Source: Geosiphon pyriformis uo1 (Eukaryota; Fungi; Glomeromycota). Taken from it: 10,259 nucleotides of DNA. The notes below the pieces were generated by a model. The model saw only the letters and a program-made list of their open reading frames with translations, made no database searches and was not told the DNA's origin. Below, one piece after another: positions 1 through 7,354 of the stretch. The translations under genes were made by a program, and so were the position numbers. Positions within the stretch are counted from its first letter, which is position 1. Each line of letters starts with the position of its first letter. The stretch lies in assembly GCA_016748015.1 (NCBI GenBank), contig JAAOMT010000401.1, forward strand, positions 1 to 10,259. The letters are read 5' to 3'.

Positions 1-49
1 GGGGGGGGGTAAATTCCCAATTAGAGTATTGGACATCCGATGTACACCC

Positions 50-2562
50 GATTGGACCTTCCAGAGCTGGTAGTAGTTGTGTATGTTCAAGTCAATAGGG
101 TCCTGGGGGGCATAGTACCTACTTTTACGTGGTACAATGGCACTCCATAATGGTCCTACTGTCCTTACCATTATACCCGGTAAGCATAGAAAGAATGTTA
201 CTATCCTTTATAGGGTAGATTGGCGGACAGTCTAGGGGGCTCTCCCGACCAGAATTCTGATTTTAGAATGGACTTATCCTACTCTCAGCCTCCCTGGACT
301 GATAAGTAGAGCCATTATGATCTATTCAAGGTTGGTTATAGGGTACAGAGGCCATCTTAATAGCTCCCAACAGCTAGGACGACAAACTCCTTAGTAAGGA
401 GCGTCTCCATGAATGTACTGGGTTCTATGCTTATTCCTTGTAGGCAACCATAATGGTTACGAACAAAGGTTACTGGATTGGTTGGGGGTGGGGAGGTCTG
501 GTTGGAAGAATTATGGGTAACCTCTAGATCTATCTTAGCAAAATACCCAACATTCTATTTACTGCCTGGCTAGTGGAATTCACTAGGTCAGACACCAAAT
601 TCCACAACCCCAAAAGTGGGATTATGGCTATGATATAGCTACAAGGTTCAGTACAAATCGTACCTAAGTACCTTACTAACCATTTGGTACCCGATAGGTA
701 GAGTGCCACACTGCCCTTAAAATCAAATTATGGGCAAGCAGGCTATCACCAAGTACCCTCAGGCAGTTTGGTACTGCAGATGGGGGCAAACGGGGACAGG
801 GGTGGGAGGCTATAGCCACTACCAGCTTTATCTCCCGAATTGGGATGGGAGGCTAGCTAGGGCCCCCATGGGTATGGGGCTATCGGTAGTCAATAACACC
901 AAGGATTGGTGAGTGCTTAGAGGGCCCGATACGAGTAGGAAGTGTTCCCTACTTGCAGATCGCCAGAAGCCCCCCTTTTTCCCGCATACACTACTGTATG
1001 TACCACATGAACCCTAAGCCCTATGGAGGACTCAGTGTACCTATGGTAGGGTCAGCGATACCTAAAGGTCATACCCCCATTGGCCAAGGGATCTACCTAC
1101 GTATTAACTACTGCAGTCCATCAAAAGGGACCTAAGGGGTGACAGCCTTTGTTTGTTTATGACTACCCCAGTTCAGGATTAAAGGGGGTTTATGAGGTTG
1201 CTTCCCTAAAGCATGGTCCCATAGTCTCTGTTCCACTGCTCTTAGGATACCCACATTCAATGGGAATGCCTAAGTATAGTTCCTACGTTGGTAGCAGTGT
1301 GCATAGCTATAGACCGGTCTTATGGGTACCTGTACCATACGGACGTATGGTAGGTCCCCCATCACTGTAGGACTATCTCAAGCCTCCCATTATGGGGAGA
1401 GCAGATTGGTATGTTTATACCGAGATAGTAAACACTGCCATTGATGGGAAGTATTACAGTAGGTGGATAGCCTACCAGCCTGTCTATCTCCCCAGGTACG
1501 CCTAAACATCCATTTCTGGACGAATAGAGTACTTGGTAAGATTCTAACCGCTCACCCATAAGGATGGAACGGTTGAGCAGAGGTCCATAGGTGTAATACC
1601 CTATTGGCCTTTGCTTCATAGGACAGGGGACATGTGTTACCTGTGGGATAGGATACCCTTCGATGTCTTCCAGACATCTTAGGGGCTGGAACGGAGACTG
1701 ATACCGGGGACGCAAAGCCTGGGTGGTGGGGGGACCACCGCAGACTCTGAATCCTGCGGGATCCTCCCCATCACAGACTACCTACTTAGATCACTATTGT
1801 TTCTCTCTAGGCCAAGGGAGTATGGTGGCTTAAGTCTATCCTCTTATTGAACAGGGAATCCCTAAAGTGTAGAACTCTAATGGTAAGGTTTACCATATCA
1901 CAGGGTTAGTAGACCAGTAGGTATTAGACATCTCTCCTTCCAAAGGAGGAAGGGATATCTTGTAAGGGGTCAGTAGTGCTAACAGCCTACATGACTATAC
2001 CAATCAATGGTTAGAAGTATGGCACTAGTACCAGTACACCCAATGTGTACCAATCCGTGACATATCCTCCCTTACCATTCAATGGGGTGGAGCGGATGGG
2101 AGGACTGTGTCCTTTATAAACAAGGATTTGCTAGAAACCCTAGCTATGGAGCCAAGGAACTCAACCAACCCCCGTTTAGAGGTCCACCCATAGGGGAGCG
2201 GAGACCTTAGGGATCCCTCCTCCAACCACACTTCCCTTACATTTCTACCCTACTTAATTAACTACTGAGTCCAATAGGAAGGGTTCCTACCCAATCAACT
2301 GTTGGGTCATCTGAGTACTAAAGCAATGATGTAGGCTATTATATTCCTAACAATCAAAGCTGAGTGGGCTACACATACAGTCGGTAATGGATAGTCCAGT
2401 TGATGCCCTACGGCTTATACTAACCTACTCTTAGGCGTATCCCGTACGGATCTACTGGTTATCTTCCCCAATTCCGAATTTGGGCATGTAGAGTACATGA
2501 ATCAGATACCAAATAGTTGTGTTGGATGGACTCAATTCCTGGATAATCACGATTGTGATTAG
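50..2562 (+). ncRNA. Large structured non-coding RNA module, paralog A (unknown family; true ends undetermined)
   Basis: Colinear anchors shared with B and C: atgttcaagtc(g)aataggg 83, gcttattccttg 429, gggcaaacg 784, atgaaccc 1007, ttacagtaggtggatagcctaccagcctgtc 1454-1484, ctacctact 1778, tggcttaagt 1826. Covarying stems at 934-953, 984-1001, 1333-1352 and 1880-1896. Confidence 0.75.
1454..1484 (+). repeat. 31-nt block invariant in all three paralogs (also 3906-3936, 6309-6339, 8759-8789)
   Basis: ttacagtaggtggatagcctaccagcctgtc was read directly at each site. Identity extends to 41 nt between A (1446-1486) and C (6301-6341). Confidence 0.95.
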
Positions 2563-4967
2563 AGTTGGATCTACCTAGGGAGTTCAATAGAGTTAGATGT
2601 TCAAGTCGAATAGGGTCCTGGGTACGGGATCGTGGGGATCTGTACGGAATCCAGAAGGGTCATACCGTACTAATAATCAGATTGGTATGGAAAGAATGGT
2701 ATTGGTTGGGCTATGTACTTCCAGCAAGGATTCTCCCGACCATAGTACTTGAGTCACGTATGGACACCGATGTATTGATAACCCTTTACCAACAATCATG
2801 CCCACATATGACTATTTAAAGGTTGGCATCGGGACGTAGGCCCCCCACGGCATTGTGCGTCAAGCACTCTGGACCGATGGGTTAGGATAGCCGATCTAAC
2901 TCAAAGCTTATTCCTTGGTATAAACAGTGTGGTTCTAACGAAGGTAGGGGGGGGGCTTTGGTACCTTGGTACGTCTGGTCTGAGAGTACTTTGGATAGCC
3001 CTGGTTGGATCCTACATAGTACCCCATTCTATCTCCTTATTGCTAGTAACGTCATCTAGATGACCTATATCCCTTATCTCCATACCCCCTTATTTAGGGG
3101 ATTTGGGATAGGATTCTAGCTACCAATAAAGGACTTAAATCGGACATCAATTCCTGTCTAACCAACAGGGATCCGATATGGTAGAGTGTAAAGCTCCTTG
3201 AGAAAGGAGAAGACTATCGCCCGCATCCCCTCAGGTGGATTGGTACCACCGAGTGGGCAAACGGGGTGAAGGGTGGGAGGCTAGGGCCACTATCAGGCCC
3301 ATACCTGGTAGGCAACTACACCAAGAGTTGGTAAGTTGTCCTAGAGCATATGGATGGTGCGCAATGGTTCGCGCACTACAGCCATGCTCCAAGCCCCCCT
3401 CCACACCGCAGATCCCTACTGGGATCTGTACCATATGAACCCCTAAACCGGAGTAACTTTATGTGTACTCTAGGTAGGTAAGCGGTACCGATGTCTGTCT
3501 CCACCATAGGCCAAGAGATCCAGCACCTGGTAACCATCTATGGATCCATTTGTGGACCTAAGGTGGTAATGATTAGAAGTGGTAGGTGTAAATTCCTACC
3601 AACCCCCCTAATTGAACCAGGGAGACTGTATTAGAGCCTATGGTCCCTTAGCTTATCATCCCACTGCACTTAGGTTACCCACACTCAATGGGGACCACCT
3701 GAGATTGGTTACTTTAGTAACTGGTAGTGAAATAAGCTTCTCACAGGTCTTACAAGTCCCTGTCCTGCACGGACAAGCAGGAGGTCCTTCACTACTGTGG
3801 ATCTTTCATCTGGGGGGGGGGTTTTGTACTCCCCCATATGACACCCTTCACTTCCCCATCGGGGAGGTAAAGAGGATCCGACAATACCTATTCTCATAGG
3901 ATGTCTTACAGTAGGTGGATAGCCTACCAGCCTGTCCTACTAATCGACTCTCCCCGAGTATAGTTAGATACCTTATTACCCGATTCTTTGGGATAATAGG
4001 TTGGAGTATCCCCCCTTTATGGGGGGACGCTTGAGGTACAGGGGACTTGTGTTACCGGTTGAACTAAGATACTTCGACAGTTTCAAACTGCCTTAGGGGC
4101 TGTAACTGGGATCGTGACCTCTTTTCGAACGCAAAGTAAAGTAGAGATGCACCTCTCCAGGACCTTACTCAGATAGAGGACCGAGAGCTACATACTACCT
4201 ACTAAGTCACTGTTGTTTTACCATGGCCAAAGGGAGTGTGGTTGGCTTAAGTCCTATACCTGTTGTCCATCCCCCCAATACCATAGGATAGGGTCAGAAC
4301 GGCTATGTTAGCCGTGTACAGTGCAAAGTAGTAAGAGTATTCATCCGACGCCTCCATGCCCTCCCGTATGGGGAAGACAGGATCTTGGAGTCAATTGAGG
4401 ATTTTACCCCAATCCTTGTTGGCTATCTTAGGAGTAGTAAGGATCATGGGTTTAGCACTAGCACACCCCTATGAGTGTAAAGCTGTTCATCCCCTTCCAC
4501 CCCACTCAATGTGGAGGGGCAGCTGAGTAGTACTCAATTGGTCTACGGACAACTGGACCCTTACGGGTTACCAGTGCAAGGTCCCCGCGGGGTTTTGGGG
4601 ACCATCGTGTGGTAATAGCAGAGGATATCTTACTCCCTATTATGCCATGTCTTACTATCCAAGATGCCTGGTTACCTAATGGATGGTACTCCTACCAAGG
4701 TTATTATAGTTGGTGGTTTGTTATTACGTATCTTATCCCGGTACCTACTCTTACTTATTAGGTAATGGTGATACAGCACATGAACCCTGGAGAAACACCA
4801 GTCATATCAGCTTGCTTCATAGCCCCCTTTTAAAGGAGGGACTAGAATATTTGGACGGAACGTGTAATCATTCCCCCCCCTGAGATAGACGAGTAGTCTG
4901 CTAATATGGGGGTTTGTATGTGATGCAGGCATTGTAATGGTAACCGATTGGCATTTGACTGTACTCT
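2563..4967 (+). ncRNA. Large structured non-coding RNA module, paralog B
   Basis: Same anchors at 2597, 2906, 3255, 3906-3936 and 4195. Covarying stems at 3357-3376, 3408-3429, 3763-3782 and 4299-4315. Confidence 0.75.
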
Positions 4968-7354
4968 GATTGGACCTTACATGGTTGGAGGACGGTTAGG
5001 ATGTTCAAGTCGAATAGGGCCCGACGGCTTTACCTTAACGGTTATGGCACGTCAGATTGGTCCTACTGTTCTCTGCAATCCCCTTGTAGAGTCAGGAAGA
5101 ATGGTTGGTTTAATTGGGGCACATGTACTACTAATGGGTCCTCCCGATCATAACTTTGGATTTTAGAATGGACTTATCCTACTATTGTAACAGTTTACTA
5201 ACTAGTAGAGCCATTGGATCTATTAAAGGTTTGTGGTGGAGATTCCAGTTGCGAACCCATAGTCTTAATACTCCTCCATAGGAAAGGGAGAGCCCTATGA
5301 GTAATAGGGTCCCTTGGTTCGAGACGGTTACCCATGCTTATTCCTTGGAGGCACCTAATGGTTACGAACGAAGGGGCTCTGAGCTCCAGTAGTGGGGAGG
5401 TTTGGTTTTAGATAGTTATGAGTAACCTCATTAGTACCTACATGGTGTCCAGCAATTCTATCCCAGCCTGCTAGGATAATCAACTAGGTCATACTTCATT
5501 TTCCACTACCCACATTATTTGTGGGATGTGAATAGGATCTAGCTACCAGGTATGGATCAAATCGGACCTCAGTACTTTGCTAACCACTGTACTCCGATAC
5601 GGTAGAGCGTAAAGCTGCTTGTAAGCAGAATACTGTCACCAACGCACCCTCAGGGGGTTTGGTACCACCGAGTGGGCAAACGTAGATTTAGGGGGAGGCT
5701 AGGGCCACTACATCTCACTACCCCATGGGGAGGGGGGGGGGTGGAAGTAAGACTTCCCCATTTAGGGGAGGTCCGGTAGTCAATCACACCAAGGATTGGG
5801 AGGCCACTAGGGCAAGAGTACGGTTGCGCAATGGTTCGCGCACTGCAGACTCGCCACAAGCCCCCTCTCTCTACGCATGGGATACTATCCCATGTACCAC
5901 ATGAACCCGGGCATTTGTAGACCTCAGGTGTACCTATGGTAGGTCAGCGCGGTACTGGGTCCTTCCCAACCATGGCCGAGGGGTCTACACTTGGGATACT
6001 AAGCGCTACGTACCCATTACATGGGTCCAAGGTGGTAATAGGTCCAAGGGTTTAAGTACTCTTGACTATGGTCCCATAGCTTACTATCCCACTGCTTGTA
6101 ATATCCACAGAGAATGTAAACGTCCAAGCGGGTCTCCTTAGTGTAGCAGTGATCTTAGCTATCACGGTCTTATGGGTCCCTGTACCATACGGACGTATGG
6201 TAGGTACCCACTACTGTGGAGCTATCATATGCTACCTCATTGTAAGAGGATAGTAGATTGGTATTTTCATACCATGATAGTGCTCACACTACCCTTTTCA
6301 GGGAAGTATTACAGTAGGTGGATAGCCTACCAGCCTGTCTACCTGTCAATACCCTCCCCGGGTATAACTAGGTACCATAGTACCCGACTTCGGGTACTTA
6401 TCCGTCCCCCAACGGGTGGGGGACTTATGGTGTACAGGGGACTCATGTTACCGGTTGAAGAGGATACCCTTCGACACCTTCCATATGTCTTAGGGGCTAT
6501 AATCGTAGACCTTTTGTAGACGTACAGCCTGAGAAGTATGGTACTTACACAGGACTGCATATCCTGGGGGGTCCACACGACTATAGACTACCTACTATGA
6601 CACTGTTGGTTTTATCCCATTGGCCTGGGAGTGTGGTGGCTTAAGTACTCCAACTTGACTACCAACCCCCATGGCTCTAGGATAGGGTCGGAATGGCTAT
6701 GTTAGCCATGTACATTTACAAGCGGAGCCAGCTATTCATTATACCTTAGAGACCCTAAGAGGAAGGAGAGTATTTTTAGGGTCAGTATGGCCATTCACCT
6801 ACTAGATCTCACTGAGTAGTGTAAGGGTCTTATGCTAGCACTTATCCCAGAAGTGTTAAGCTGTCTTCAACCACCCTACCCATTTAATAGGGGGGGTGGG
6901 CAGCTGAAGAGGCGTAAGATTCCCTATTTATAAGGGACAGTACCTAACAAGGTAATTAGTTGGATTTGTCCACTAATGGAGAAGAGTACCAATTGGACTC
7001 CCTTCCCTGCCACTGCCACTACCTCAGGATACTTTGGTAGAGAACTTGAAGACTAAAACTGTGAATAGCCCTCTAAATATAGTTGTGGGTTTGTTCTTAG
7101 GTTTAGGTAAATATTGGTATCCCTACAAGCTCTTATCATAGATTGGTAATACAGCACAATATCCTTACTGGGAAGTACCAACGGTACCAGTATGCCTAAT
7201 GGAGCCTACTAAATAGGAAGCCCATAGGACGGTGAGGAACGGGTTAGAATCCCAACATCTGGTACGAACCTTGTATATTACTGATATGAGGTTGATCTTT
7301 TAATAGGGGGGGGGTAAATTCCCAATTAGAGTATTGGACATCCGATGTACACCC
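4968..7354 (+). ncRNA. Large structured non-coding RNA module, paralog C
   Basis: Same anchors at 5001, 5336, 5674, 6309-6339 and 6588. Covarying stems at 5825-5842, 5875-5895, 6183-6202 and 6693-6709. Confidence 0.75.

Larger units (their letters stand above)
1..2954 (+). repeat. First copy of a 2,954-nt direct repeat (terminal redundancy)
   Basis: Sequence from base 1 (gggggggggtaaattccc...) restarts at 7306 and runs to the window end (...ctaacgaaggtagggggggg). Five ORFs in the track recur with identical translations at +7305 (730/8035, 953/8258, 1149/8454, 1362/8667, 2565/9870). I saw no differences on spot checks. Confidence 0.97.
1..7305. other. Putative 7,305-nt circular ORF-less element (or one unit of a higher-order tandem array)
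   Basis: The 7305-nt periodicity is exact and the longest ORF is 117 aa. No Rep, RT, RdRp, transposase or capsid-like product is present. The whole length is occupied by three paralogous modules. Circularity is inferred, not shown. Confidence 0.7.

Noticed and set aside
85-93. tRNA gene suggested by gttcaagtc
   Set aside because: No T-stem, acceptor stem or anticodon arm can be formed.
782-806. G-quadruplex motif (also 3255-3277)
   Set aside because: It is absent in C, and the G runs are better explained by the covarying long-range helix with the downstream C-rich strand.
1325-1358. Group II intron domain V-like bulged hairpin
   Set aside because: It lacks the AGC/CGC triad and GNRA loop, and no domain VI follows on either strand.
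1362-1715. Longest ORF (117 aa, minus strand) and the other 60-115 aa ORFs
   Set aside because: They have no recognisable domain and often non-ATG starts, and the frames are not preserved in the paralogous units. Lengths are compatible with chance.
50-2562. Annotation as a 16S/23S rRNA gene
   Set aside because: Universal rRNA signatures were not found on either strand. Short resemblances are out of order, and the cgatgtc word is a covarying local hairpin arm not conserved in B and C.
3184-4788. 12-nt repeats gagtgtaaagct (3184, 4473) and cacatgaaccct (1004, 4777) at non-homologous positions
   Set aside because: They are not reproduced in the other paralogs and are compatible with chance in 7.3 kb.
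3231-5859. Shared peptides CSARTIA and RLPTRWYQ in minus-strand ORFs of B and C, and CSSRIG in plus-strand ORFs 2565 and 4948
   Set aside because: These are translations of nucleotide-identical blocks with no synonymous-change pattern. Unit A lacks them or is frameshifted by a 1-nt deletion.
6904-6935. Hammerhead core-like ctgaaga
   Set aside because: No downstream stem II plus GAAA is present, and it is not conserved in A or B. I saw no CUGANGA on the minus strand.
7212-7300. Hairpin-ribozyme-like words (ggaag, aggaacg, gtatattac at 7273-7281; agaaaca near 4791)
   Set aside because: The flanking helices and the N-GUC cleavage site do not fit, the segment folds better as a plain stem, and it is absent at homologous positions in A and B. 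A covariance-model search would settle it.
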